From an uncultured bacterium (GTDB lineage Bacteria; Patescibacteriota; Saccharimonadia; UBA4664; SCTI01): a stretch of DNA of 64,000 nucleotides. Made by a program: the position numbers and the translations under genes. The stretch is from assembly GCA_963721685.1 (NCBI GenBank), contig CAVRJJ010000001.1, forward strand, positions 4,555-68,554, given 5' to 3'. Below, one piece after another: positions 48,625 to 57,656 of the stretch (within the stretch, counting starts at the first letter, position 1; each line of letters begins with the position of its first letter). The notes below the pieces were generated by a model. The model did not search any database. It worked only from the letters and a program-made list of their open reading frames with translations, and was not told the DNA's origin.

Positions 48625-49502
48625 AAAGCGTAGCTGAAATAGAATCAATCGCTAACCGTATCCGTCTGGATATTATTGAGATGCTGGTTGAGGCTGGCAG
48701 TGGCCATTCCGGAGGTCCTTTGGGTATGGCAGACGTGTTTGCCACACTGTACTTTAGGGTTCTCAACCATGACCCTAAAAACCCCGATTGGCCGGAGCGG
48801 GACCGAGTGGTGCTTTCAAACGGCCACATTGTGCCCGTACGTTACGCCACAATGGCACGTGCCGGGTACTTCCCGGTAGAAGAGTTGATGACGCTACGTA
48901 AGTTCGGGTCGCGGCTGCAAGGCCATCCGGAGCGGGTGAAACTGCCCGGCCTGGAAACCACCAGCGGGCCGCTCGGTTGCGGCTTAAGCGCGGCGTCCGG
49001 GATGGCATTAGTTTTAAAAATGGAGCAAAAAAAGTCGCAACGGATTTATTGCCTTGTAAGTGATGGTGAGTTTGACGAGGGCAATATTTGGGAAGCGGTC
49101 TTGTTCGCCGGCAATTATCATTTAAACCAGATAACTATGATCATGGACCGCAACAACATCCAGATTGATGGTTCCACCGAGGAGGTTATGCCTCTTGGTG
49201 ACGTCGCGGAAAAGATGCGCACCTTCGGCTGGCATACCATCGATGTTGATGGCCATAATATCCAAAGCCTGATTGATGCGTGCGAAAAGGCTAAGACGGT
49301 TGAGGATAAGCCAACGGCGATTATAGCCCACACGGTCCCCGGGAAAGGCGTTGATTATATGGAGTACGACTATCATTGGCACGGTAACCCGCCGGGAACG
49401 TTGGATGTACCCGGATCGCCGCCTAAAGCCAAGCAAGTTGAGGCTGCACTGGAACAGCTTCGTGCACTTGAGAAGCGGATTAAGGAGAACGAGGATGATT
49501 AA
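48621..49502 (+). CDS. tktN: transketolase, N-terminal (TPP-binding) subunit
   Basis: 'GSGHSGGPLGMADV' and 'GDGEFDEGNIWEA' TPP motifs; 293 aa, split form. Confidence 0.85.
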   Translation: MKSVAEIESIANRIRLDIIEMLVEAGSGHSGGPLGMADVFATLYFRVLNHDPKNPDWPERDRVVLSNGHIVPVRYATMARAGYFPVEELMTLRKFGSRLQGHPERVKLPGLETTSGPLGCGLSAASGMALVLKMEQKKSQRIYCLVSDGEFDEGNIWEAVLFAGNYHLNQITMIMDRNNIQIDGSTEEVMPLGDVAEKMRTFGWHTIDVDGHNIQSLIDACEKAKTVEDKPTAIIAHTVPGKGVDYMEYDYHWHGNPPGTLDVPGSPPKAKQVEAALEQLRALEKRIKENEDD

Positions 49503-50475
49503 TCCGGCAATGAAACTGGCCAGCGACGCTCTTGATCCTGAGGTGGCCCAAGAACCAATCCGCAGCGGTTTTGGCCGCGGTCTTTTAGCAGCCGGGGAGC
49601 GCAATCCGGATGTCGTGGCGTTGTGCGCCGACTTAACCGATTCCACTAAGATGACAGCTTTTGCTAAAGCTTTTCCGGAGCGGTTCGTTGAGGTTGGGGT
49701 GGCCGAACAAAACCTAGTGACGGTCGCGTCTGGCATGGCAATGATGGGAAAGATTCCTTTTACCTCAAGTTATGCTGCCTTCTCACCAGGGCGCAACTGG
49801 GAACAAATTAGAACTACCATTTGCCTGAACGAAGCCAATGTTAAAATTGTTGGTTCCCACGCTGGGATTTCGGTGGGTCCTGATGGTGCAACTCATCAAA
49901 TGCTGGAAGACATCGCGTTGATGCGGGTCTTGCCGCATATGGTTGTTGTGGTTCCCTGTGATGCCAAGGAAGCCGAAAAGGCGACCCTGGCAATCGCGGA
50001 TCATCACGGGGGAGCGTATTTACGTTTGGCTCGCGAAAAATCCCCGGTTATTACCACTGATGAGACGCCATTTGAGATGGGGAAAATTCAAGTTTTCCGG
50101 GAAGGCAGCGATGTAACCATAGTGGCATGCGGGATTATGGTCCACGAGGCCCTTCTGGCGGCCGAGGAGCTTGCTAGGCAGGGCATAGAGGCGGAAGTCA
50201 TTAACTGTCCCAGTATCAAGCCTCTTGATAGTGAAGGGCTGCTAACCTCAATCAAAAAAACCGGCAAAGTGGTGACCTGCGAAGAGGGTCAGGTTGCTGG
50301 TGGGCTAGGAGGTGCCGTCGCGGAACTAACGGGCGAGCACCATCCCGTGCCAATGCGTCGGGTCGGAATGCATGACCGCTTTGGCGAGTCCGGCAAACCC
50401 TCTGAGCTATTAGAGCACTTTGGGCTTACTTCCCCCAATATTGTGAAAGCCGTACAGGAGCTGCTTAACAAGTAG
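49495..50475 (+). CDS. tktC: transketolase, C-terminal subunit
   Basis: start ATG overlaps the tktN stop and has a GGAG RBS; 'EVGVAEQNLV' pyrimidine-binding domain; the track's 49351 start is an upstream read-through. Confidence 0.85.
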   Translation: MINPAMKLASDALDPEVAQEPIRSGFGRGLLAAGERNPDVVALCADLTDSTKMTAFAKAFPERFVEVGVAEQNLVTVASGMAMMGKIPFTSSYAAFSPGRNWEQIRTTICLNEANVKIVGSHAGISVGPDGATHQMLEDIALMRVLPHMVVVVPCDAKEAEKATLAIADHHGGAYLRLAREKSPVITTDETPFEMGKIQVFREGSDVTIVACGIMVHEALLAAEELARQGIEAEVINCPSIKPLDSEGLLTSIKKTGKVVTCEEGQVAGGLGGAVAELTGEHHPVPMRRVGMHDRFGESGKPSELLEHFGLTSPNIVKAVQELLNK

Positions 50476-50486
50476 GAGTTATTAGG

Positions 50487-51110
50487 CTAAGTCTCTAGGT
50501 GGCTAAACATCACTTTTGCTATCTCGTCAACGGTAGTATCGATATCATCATTCACAACTACCAAGTCGGCCAAGGTAGGCCCCACCTCAAGCTCGCGGCG
50601 TGCGGTGACCAGGCGTTCATTGCGGGCGGCCTCAGTATCGGTGCTGCGGCCAGCCAGACGCTGCTCAAGTACTGCTAGCTGCTCTTCAAGCGTGGCACCT
50701 GGGGGGCGCATAAAGACAATTCGGGCGTTGCTAACCTTTAGTTTAATTTGAGCGGCGCCCTGATATTCAATTTCCAGAATCAAGTTTTCGTCCTGATTGT
50801 CAGGTAAAAGCGTACCGTAGTAATGCGAGGCGTACTCTGCCCACTCCAGCAGCTCACCGGCCGCGTCGCGGCGCATGAATTCATCCTTAGTTACATGTAC
50901 ATAGCGGCCGGGCAGGTCGTTCTGGCGAGCTGGACGCGTTGTTAGGGAAGAACCGATATGAAGCTGGGAGTAGCGCTGCATCAGTCCCGCGATAACAGTA
51001 TTTTTCCCGACCCCGGAAGGTCCGACAATGGCGGTTACGCCGGGCTTAAAGATTGGCACGTAGGTATCCCTATAATGAACGTTTAATTTGTCATAGTATG
51101 GCATAGCCAT
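50487..51110 (-). CDS. gmk: guanylate kinase
   Basis: P-loop 'GPSGVGKNTV' and 'SLTTRPAR' NMP-binding. Confidence 0.8.
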   Translation of the reverse strand: MAMPYYDKLNVHYRDTYVPIFKPGVTAIVGPSGVGKNTVIAGLMQRYSQLHIGSSLTTRPARQNDLPGRYVHVTKDEFMRRDAAGELLEWAEYASHYYGTLLPDNQDENLILEIEYQGAAQIKLKVSNARIVFMRPPGATLEEQLAVLEQRLAGRSTDTEAARNERLVTARRELEVGPTLADLVVVNDDIDTTVDEIAKVMFSHLET

Positions 51111-51162
51111 AGCATTTTGTCATCTGGCAGCCTATCCATTTTTAACCATAACCGTTATAATA

Positions 51163-52146
51163 ATGGTTATGGAGCCGCAAGACATCCAAATTATTTCTGT
51201 GGGGGCCGCAACCCAAGATGTACAAGTTATGGGCAAAGCCCTGCACCAGAAACGTGACGTGCGGACCCACACCTATGTTGAGCAGTTTCCCTTAGGAGCA
51301 AAAATTGAGCTTGACGACGTGTTTTTTGACGTCGGCGGCGGCGCCAGTAACGCGTCGGTAACGTTCGCGCGGCAGGGTTTCCATAGCGCGTTCGCGGGAA
51401 AAATCGGCCGGGATTCAGCGGGAGCCGAGGTGTTGCGGGTATTAAAGCGTGAACACGTAGACACTTCGCTGGTCCGGGTTGACGAGCGCCACGGGACGGG
51501 CTATTCCCTGATTTTACTTGCCCCAAACGGCGAACGAACAGTGTTAGTTTATCGTGGCGCTTCCCATAACCTAAAAAGTGATGATTTCCACGGCGGCAAA
51601 GACTTCAGCGCGCATTGGCTTTATATTTCGTCCTTAGCCGGCAATATGGATTTATTGCATAAATTATTGAAGCAAGCCCATCGTCAGGCAATTCGGGTGG
51701 CGCTTAACCCAGGCAGTGGTGAGCTGGCTCAGCCGAGAAAGCTGCGCAAATATCTGGGAGCGGTTGATATACTAATTGCCAACCGGGATGAAATGGAGCT
51801 GCTATTTGGCGGTGAAACACCGGTCCAGACAATGTTGAACGCTATGCCGTACTGTCCTTATGTGGTTTTAACCGATGGGCCCAACGGCAGTTACGCGTCT
51901 GACGGCAGCTCGATTTACTACGCCGGGCAATACCAGAAGGTAAAAGTTGTTGACCGGTTAGGGGCAGGCGACGCGTTTTGTTCCGGCTTCACCGCCGGCA
52001 TAGCGCGAGGGTGGCCAATCGAGCAGGCTCTGACATTCGCTAGCGCCAATTCCACTTCGGTCGTTTCAAGTATCGGAGCCAAGAGCGGCATTATGCATGG
52101 CACGCGGGGCTTAAAGCGTATGAAGATTAAGCGATTAAGCATATGA
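51163..52146 (+). CDS. PfkB-family sugar/nucleoside kinase
   Basis: 'GGGASNASVTFARQG' and 'DRLGAGDAFCSGF' ribokinase-family motifs. Confidence 0.7.
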   Translation: MVMEPQDIQIISVGAATQDVQVMGKALHQKRDVRTHTYVEQFPLGAKIELDDVFFDVGGGASNASVTFARQGFHSAFAGKIGRDSAGAEVLRVLKREHVDTSLVRVDERHGTGYSLILLAPNGERTVLVYRGASHNLKSDDFHGGKDFSAHWLYISSLAGNMDLLHKLLKQAHRQAIRVALNPGSGELAQPRKLRKYLGAVDILIANRDEMELLFGGETPVQTMLNAMPYCPYVVLTDGPNGSYASDGSSIYYAGQYQKVKVVDRLGAGDAFCSGFTAGIARGWPIEQALTFASANSTSVVSSIGAKSGIMHGTRGLKRMKIKRLSI

Positions 52147-53384
52147 GCCGGCTCGCCGCGTTTTTACAGGCTAAAGAACCTCTTCTGGATACCGCGCTGC
52201 ATCAACTGGAAACGCAGACGGGGCGCAAAGGAGTTGACGTGGCACTAACGGCGGAAATTGCCACCAAGGCCGCCGCTTTTACCCAAAAACTAGGCTTGCC
52301 TTCAAACTGTAGCGGCCCGGACCTCTACGCCGGTTTAATTGGTCTTGCAAAGCAGCATGATGCCCATTTGGCACGAAGCCTAGGCAGCTCCGACCCTACC
52401 AATGTAGGGAAAATTATTCCATTGGTGCTGCGGCGGCTCGAACAAATCCATATGCCGCGCCAATGCTTCGCCCTTAAGCATACGCGCGCCGCGGAAATGC
52501 TGCAAAAGCACCCGCCGCGGGCTTTAATGCAGCATCTTGGTTACAAAGACTGCGCGGCAATGGTACAAAATGAAGATTTAGCGGAACTGTTTATTGCCAT
52601 CCGCTTCACCGAGGGCGATGACTGGCTTAATGAGTTTAATGGGCAATATAAGGAGTTGGTAGCCGCGGATTTTGAAGAACGTCCCATCCGCTTAGTGCGT
52701 TTTGACCGGCATAAATGGGGAGACGTTGCGGCCCACTTCATTACCAAGAAGAAGCATCTTAGCACCCACTCAAAGGAGATGGGCGTGATAGCGATTTTAC
52801 CGCCCATTGACACGCACATGGAGGCAATTTCCCTAAAGGTCTTAACGGTGACCCTTCATTACTACAACGAGGTCCGGTTGTATAGCGCTTACTTTAAATT
52901 GCTTAAAACGAAAACCAACTTCGGTGAAATCTTGAGTGAAACCTTAATTGCCGATACCCCCCAGATTCCCACCACCGTTAACCACCATATCCATTGGCGG
53001 GTGATCCAGCGCTATTATGGAAAAATTGGCGAAAGTAGTAAGCATCCGGAAGTGTTTCAACCGCATCTTCAGCCCGAGGACTTACATTGGCGGGCCGCGG
53101 AAAAGATGTTGTACCAAATTGACCCGGAAATGGCAGTCTGGCGGGAGATGGATTATGTAGCGGTCTTGAAGGGTGATAACGCGGTTACCTTCAACTTAAT
53201 GGATGTTGTGTTGAGTTACGCCAATCAAGTTCCTTATGAAGAACGTTACTTATATCATTTTAGAGAAGCGCTGTGGAACGAGGTGTTTGCTCGCTATATG
53301 GGGCAAAAAGTTCTTGAGAAAGAGTTGTTAATAAAGCTTGACAACGCAATGGTAGCCCCAGAGGAGCTTAAGCTGCGACAATGA
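52143..53384 (+). CDS. hypothetical protein, translationally coupled between the PfkB kinase and the LOG-like gene
   Basis: 413 aa soluble; ATGA overlaps at both ends. Confidence 0.4.
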   Translation: MSRLAAFLQAKEPLLDTALHQLETQTGRKGVDVALTAEIATKAAAFTQKLGLPSNCSGPDLYAGLIGLAKQHDAHLARSLGSSDPTNVGKIIPLVLRRLEQIHMPRQCFALKHTRAAEMLQKHPPRALMQHLGYKDCAAMVQNEDLAELFIAIRFTEGDDWLNEFNGQYKELVAADFEERPIRLVRFDRHKWGDVAAHFITKKKHLSTHSKEMGVIAILPPIDTHMEAISLKVLTVTLHYYNEVRLYSAYFKLLKTKTNFGEILSETLIADTPQIPTTVNHHIHWRVIQRYYGKIGESSKHPEVFQPHLQPEDLHWRAAEKMLYQIDPEMAVWREMDYVAVLKGDNAVTFNLMDVVLSYANQVPYEERYLYHFREALWNEVFARYMGQKVLEKELLIKLDNAMVAPEELKLRQ

Positions 53385-53947
53385 AAAAGGTATACGGCAG
53401 CCATCCTTATCAAATCTGCGTATCGGGGGCTGCCAAGGGCACTACTGTCGCGGTTGCGGACGTTCTTGCCGAAAGGGCCGGAAGACGTATTGCAGAAACC
53501 GGCAATACTCTGCTAACCGGCGCGACGCATGGGCTCCCCGACTGCGCGGCCAAAGGCGCAAAGTCAGCCGGGGGAGTATCGATTGGCTTTTCACCGGCTT
53601 CCAACCGCCGGCAGCACGTAAAAACCTACCAAGCCCCTACAAAATATTATGACTGTATCCTCTATACCGGATTTGATTACACTGGACGCGACCTATTGCT
53701 GGCACGGTCGGCAGACGCGCTGGTGATAGTGGGCGGGCGTATTGGGACGCTTCACGAGTTTACCGTGGCTTTTGAGGAAAAGACCCCTATTGGTGTGATT
53801 ACCGGTTCAGGCGGCGTGAGCGATGCCATCAAAGACGTGTTACAGGCAGCCAAGCGAGTGCGCCACACGGTGCTGTACGACGACGACCCCGCCCGCTTAG
53901 TAGACCGGTTGCTTGCCATCTTGAATGAAAAATACCGCGCCAGCTAA
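53381..53947 (+). CDS. LOG/TIGR00725-family Rossmann-fold protein (possible nucleotide N-glycosidase)
   Basis: 'ICVSGAAKG...[17 protein letters not shown]...[15 protein letters not shown]' pattern of the LOG/SLOG family. Confidence 0.5.
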   Translation: MKKVYGSHPYQICVSGAAKGTTVAVADVLAERAGRRIAETGNTLLTGATHGLPDCAAKGAKSAGGVSIGFSPASNRRQHVKTYQAPTKYYDCILYTGFDYTGRDLLLARSADALVIVGGRIGTLHEFTVAFEEKTPIGVITGSGGVSDAIKDVLQAAKRVRHTVLYDDDPARLVDRLLAILNEKYRAS

Positions 53948-53976
53948 GTCCGACCTTATCCTGCTACAATATTAGG

Positions 53977-55965
53977 ATGAGTTTATTTAAGCTAGCAACC
54001 ATGTACCAACCGGCTGGTGACCAACCCCAGGCCATTGCCAAGCTCACCGAAGGGCTTCAGCGCGGTGACAAAGAGCAGACCTTGCTGGGGGTCACCGGCT
54101 CCGGCAAAACCTACACAATGGCTAATATTATCCAGAACATGCAGCGCCCAACCTTAATATTAAGCCATAACAAAACATTGGCCGCCCAGCTGTACAGCGA
54201 GTTTCGGCAGTTTTTTCCCGACAATGCCGTTCAGTATTTCGTTAGCTACTACGATTACTACCAGCCGGAAGCCTATGTGGCCCGCAGCGATACCTACATC
54301 GAGAAAGACAGTTCCATCAATGAGGAAATTGACCGGCTGCGCCACGCCGCTACTTCAAGCCTACTAACCCGTAAGGACGTTTTAATTGTAGCCTCGGTGA
54401 GCTGCATTTATGGGTTGGGGAGTCCCGCCGATTACATTGAAATGACGGTCGATATCTCTCAGGGTGAAACCCGTAAGCGAGATAAGCTATTACGCTTGAT
54501 GACCGATATTCAGTACACTCGCAACGATATGAGTTTCGCCCGCGGTACCTTCCGGGTGCGCGGCGATACCGTCGAGGTGTTTCCGGTGGGGGAGGAGGTG
54601 GCCTACCGCATTGAGTTTTTTGGGGATGATGTTGAACGCATTCGCCAGGTTGATCCGTTAACCGGCGAAGTCTTAGGTGAGCGCGATAAGCTGCGGATTT
54701 TTCCGGCCAAGCACTTCGTAACGCCCCATGAAAAGCTGATGCACGCCGTTTCCCAAATTAACCAGGACCTGGCAATTCGGGTTGACGAGCTAAAAAAAGA
54801 CAATAAGCTTTTGGAGGCTCAGCGCCTAGAACAGCGTACCCGCTTTGATATTGAAATGCTGGAGCAAACCGGCTTCGTGGCGGGGATTGAAAATTATTCA
54901 CGCTATTTAACGAACCGCGAACCGGGTGAGCAACCGGCAACTTTGCTTGACTACTTCGCCGATGATTTCTTGTTGTTCGTCGATGAAAGCCACATTACTA
55001 TTCCCCAGGTCCGAGGCATGTTCAACGGGGACCGCGCGCGCAAGCAAAACCTGGTTGACTATGGGTTCCGATTGCCCAGCGCGCTTGATAACCGCCCGTT
55101 GCGCTTTGACGAGTTTGAGCGGCACATAAACCAAGCAATTTATGTTTCGGCTACCCCAACCGAATGGGAGGTTGGCCGTTCCAGCCAAGTAGCCGAACAA
55201 GTAATCCGTCCTACCGGATTAATTGATCCGGAGATTGAGGTGCGCCCAATTGAGCACCAGATTGACAACTTGCTAGAAGAAATCCGCCAAACGGTGGCCA
55301 AGGGCCAACGTGCACTGATAACGACCTTAACCAAACGTATGGCTGAAGATTTAACCGAGTACTTGCAGGACGCCGGCATCAAAGTCCAATACCTGCATTC
55401 CGAAGTAAATACCCTTGATCGAGTTGATATCCTGCATGATCTCCGTAGCGGCGTATTTGACGTGGTGGTGGGAATTAACCTGTTGCGTGAAGGCTTGGAC
55501 TTGCCGGAGGTATCATTGGTGGCAATTTTGGATGCCGATAAAGAAGGATTTTTACGATCGGAAACGTCATTAATCCAAACGATTGGACGGGCGGCCCGGC
55601 ATGTTGAAGGCCGCGTGATCATGTACGCCGATAAAATTACGCGCTCCATGAAGGTGGCGATTGATACCACCAATAAACGCCGTGAGGTCCAAGTCGCTTA
55701 CAATAAAGACCACGGCATCACGCCCGAAGGCATACAGAAAGCTTTGGCCGAACGCATGCAAGCGGAAGAGCAGGCGGAAACGGGTGACATTAAGCCGCTC
55801 AATATCCGGGAAATTCCTAAAGGTGAGCGTCAGCACCTCATAAAAGAGCTGACCAACCAAATGACCTTAGCCTCGGAAAACCTGCAGTTTGAAAAGGCCG
55901 CCTTATTACGGGATCAAATTGCTGAGTTAAAAGGAGCGACGAAGGCTAAGAAGGTAAAACGGTAG
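53977..55965 (+). CDS. uvrB: excinuclease ABC subunit B
   Basis: '[17 protein letters not shown]' and 'YVSATP' helicase motifs; C-terminal UVR domain '[15 protein letters not shown]'. Confidence 0.95.
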   Translation: MSLFKLATMYQPAGDQPQAIAKLTEGLQRGDKEQTLLGVTGSGKTYTMANIIQNMQRPTLILSHNKTLAAQLYSEFRQFFPDNAVQYFVSYYDYYQPEAYVARSDTYIEKDSSINEEIDRLRHAATSSLLTRKDVLIVASVSCIYGLGSPADYIEMTVDISQGETRKRDKLLRLMTDIQYTRNDMSFARGTFRVRGDTVEVFPVGEEVAYRIEFFGDDVERIRQVDPLTGEVLGERDKLRIFPAKHFVTPHEKLMHAVSQINQDLAIRVDELKKDNKLLEAQRLEQRTRFDIEMLEQTGFVAGIENYSRYLTNREPGEQPATLLDYFADDFLLFVDESHITIPQVRGMFNGDRARKQNLVDYGFRLPSALDNRPLRFDEFERHINQAIYVSATPTEWEVGRSSQVAEQVIRPTGLIDPEIEVRPIEHQIDNLLEEIRQTVAKGQRALITTLTKRMAEDLTEYLQDAGIKVQYLHSEVNTLDRVDILHDLRSGVFDVVVGINLLREGLDLPEVSLVAILDADKEGFLRSETSLIQTIGRAARHVEGRVIMYADKITRSMKVAIDTTNKRREVQVAYNKDHGITPEGIQKALAERMQAEEQAETGDIKPLNIREIPKGERQHLIKELTNQMTLASENLQFEKAALLRDQIAELKGATKAKKVKR

Positions 55966-56046
55966 GTCTTTCTGCAAAGGCATAAATATTTTGACAAGCA
56001 TAAGCATTTTAAGTTATTCTTGGCTTAATTAAGAGAAAATTTAATT

Positions 56047-56778
56047 ATGAGCCCAGATTCAAACTCGGACAACCAACCCGGTAAAATATATCAACCATCC
56101 GGAGGTCATGATTTGCCACCAGCTGACGAGCCGAAATCTGACGCGCACGTTTTTTCTCCCCCGCCTGTTGTGCCACCATCACCGGTTGCTGTGCAGCCGG
56201 AAACTTCGAGCATGCCTCAGTCCAGTCAACCCATCGCGGTTGTTAATACCTACACGCCACGCGGGGTAGAGTACATGATAATGTTTTTCTCCCTATGGAT
56301 AGCCGCTAGTTCGCTAGGAACCTTGCTTCATTCCATCGTTGATAACGCGGCTCCCAGAGCGGAAGACAGCTATTTTAGTGCCGCTACCAGTGTGTTGCCG
56401 TTATCATCGATTGCGCTGGGAGTGGGGGTGATTGTCTTTGCGTTAATGTTTTTGCGCCTAAAGAAAGCCGAGCTCAACGAACCGTCTATCCGCCTTGATT
56501 CTTCGCGCCGCCGGGCTGTGTATTTAACCGTTTTGGTCACCTTTTTAATTGGTATGCAAAAAATTGTGACCTACATTTATGGGTTGTTTAATGGCGGCGG
56601 CTCAAGCGGGGGCATCGGAGACATTATTTTTGGCGGCTTCTTTGGCGGCGGCCAAGCAACCGAACCGGGGACCCCTCTGTATCTTTGGGATCTGGCGCAT
56701 CTTGCTATCACCCTGGGAATCGCCGGGCTTATCTTCTTTTACTACTGGCGCGATATGCACAAAGATGACAACCGGTAG
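56047..56778 (+). CDS. Pro-rich N-terminus plus Gly-rich membrane protein, hypothetical
   Basis: 243 aa, 4 TM; 'GGGSSGGIGDIIFGGFFGGG' loop. Confidence 0.35.
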   Translation: MSPDSNSDNQPGKIYQPSGGHDLPPADEPKSDAHVFSPPPVVPPSPVAVQPETSSMPQSSQPIAVVNTYTPRGVEYMIMFFSLWIAASSLGTLLHSIVDNAAPRAEDSYFSAATSVLPLSSIALGVGVIVFALMFLRLKKAELNEPSIRLDSSRRRAVYLTVLVTFLIGMQKIVTYIYGLFNGGGSSGGIGDIIFGGFFGGGQATEPGTPLYLWDLAHLAITLGIAGLIFFYYWRDMHKDDNR

Positions 56779-56787
56779 GATAATTTT

Positions 56788-57579
56788 ATGAAGAAATATT
56801 ATATAGCTATTGTCATTTTAGTAGCGGTTTCAGTTGCAACAATAGCTACTTACTACCTGACGTTTGCAAACAATGTCCGCGATGTCGTGAAAGAGCAGGA
56901 CATTAGCGCCCTTAGCCAAGCGGTTGATAATTACGTTGGAACCAATAAGCAGCTGCCGGATTCACTTAAGCAGATTAAGGTGGACAACGGTGTTAAGCAG
57001 CGGCTTGACCGCTACAGCTATAAAAAGGTAGGCGAGTTTACTTATAAGGGAGAATTTCAGTTGCGGTATGAATTGTGTACCACCTTTAAGAGCGAAACTA
57101 AGCAGACTGCCACACGGTATGAATCCGGATTAGAGTATGAAACATATCCAAACACCTATAACCATAAGGCCGGGCCTGTCTGTTATAAACTTTTCAGCTA
57201 CTTACCTCTTACGGGCGGCTTATTTGAGCCAACCACAAAGGCCATCGAGCCGTCCAAATCCACTGGTACAGTGGCGGGTCGCGATAGCCAGCGCATGAGT
57301 GATTTGCGCAGTCTGAAAACAGCCTCAGAACTCTATTTTAATGATAATGGCTTTTATCCCGCGGCTGCCACCTGGAAAAATGACCTTATCGGGGGTGACC
57401 TTCCTTACATAAAGAGTATACCGCTGGACCCAGCAACTGGTGCAACTTACAGTTATGTACCGTCGCCCGAGGGATGTAAAGGTAATTGCACAAGCTATGC
57501 TTTAACTGCTCAGCTGGAGAATAAAAAAGACTCACAAGCTGATAGCTCCGGACGCTATATCGTAAATAGCGCGAATTAG
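56788..57579 (+). CDS. membrane-anchored protein with C-terminal type-IV-pilin/pseudopilin-like segment
   Basis: N-terminal TM; '[27 protein letters not shown]' resembles the alpha1-C/globular-start motif of ComGC/GspG-like pilins. Confidence 0.3.
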   Translation: MKKYYIAIVILVAVSVATIATYYLTFANNVRDVVKEQDISALSQAVDNYVGTNKQLPDSLKQIKVDNGVKQRLDRYSYKKVGEFTYKGEFQLRYELCTTFKSETKQTATRYESGLEYETYPNTYNHKAGPVCYKLFSYLPLTGGLFEPTTKAIEPSKSTGTVAGRDSQRMSDLRSLKTASELYFNDNGFYPAAATWKNDLIGGDLPYIKSIPLDPATGATYSYVPSPEGCKGNCTSYALTAQLENKKDSQADSSGRYIVNSAN

Positions 57580-57599
57580 CCAGTTCTGCCCAGTGAGGA

Positions 57600-57628
57600 T
57601 TGCCAATTAACCCAAGAATCGGTATAAT
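57600..57628 (+). promoter_or_regulatory. sigma70-like promoter TTGCCA-17-TATAAT upstream of uvrA
   Basis: hexamers read from sequence 30-55 nt upstream of the 57657 ATG. Confidence 0.45.
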
Positions 57629-57656
57629 CTGAACCTGTATTTGCGGGGAAAAACGT

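Noticed and set aside
49351-49494. Extended 374-aa form of the transketolase C-terminal subunit ORF
   Set aside because: The upstream extension overlaps tktN in another frame. The ATG at 49495 overlaps the tktN stop with an RBS and matches the conserved N-terminus.
54160-55860. Several 60-177-aa minus-strand ORFs inside uvrB (54160-54345, 54907-55200, 55140-55673, 55570-55860)
   Set aside because: They are antisense to a highly conserved uvrB CDS and are composition-driven. Similar antisense ORFs inside xfp, acs, uvrA and glgB were likewise ignored.
57629-57656. Possible LexA/Cheo box (GAAC-N4-GTTC) upstream of uvrA
   Set aside because: Only GAACCTGTATTTGCG is present, with no GTTC partner at N4 or N7.
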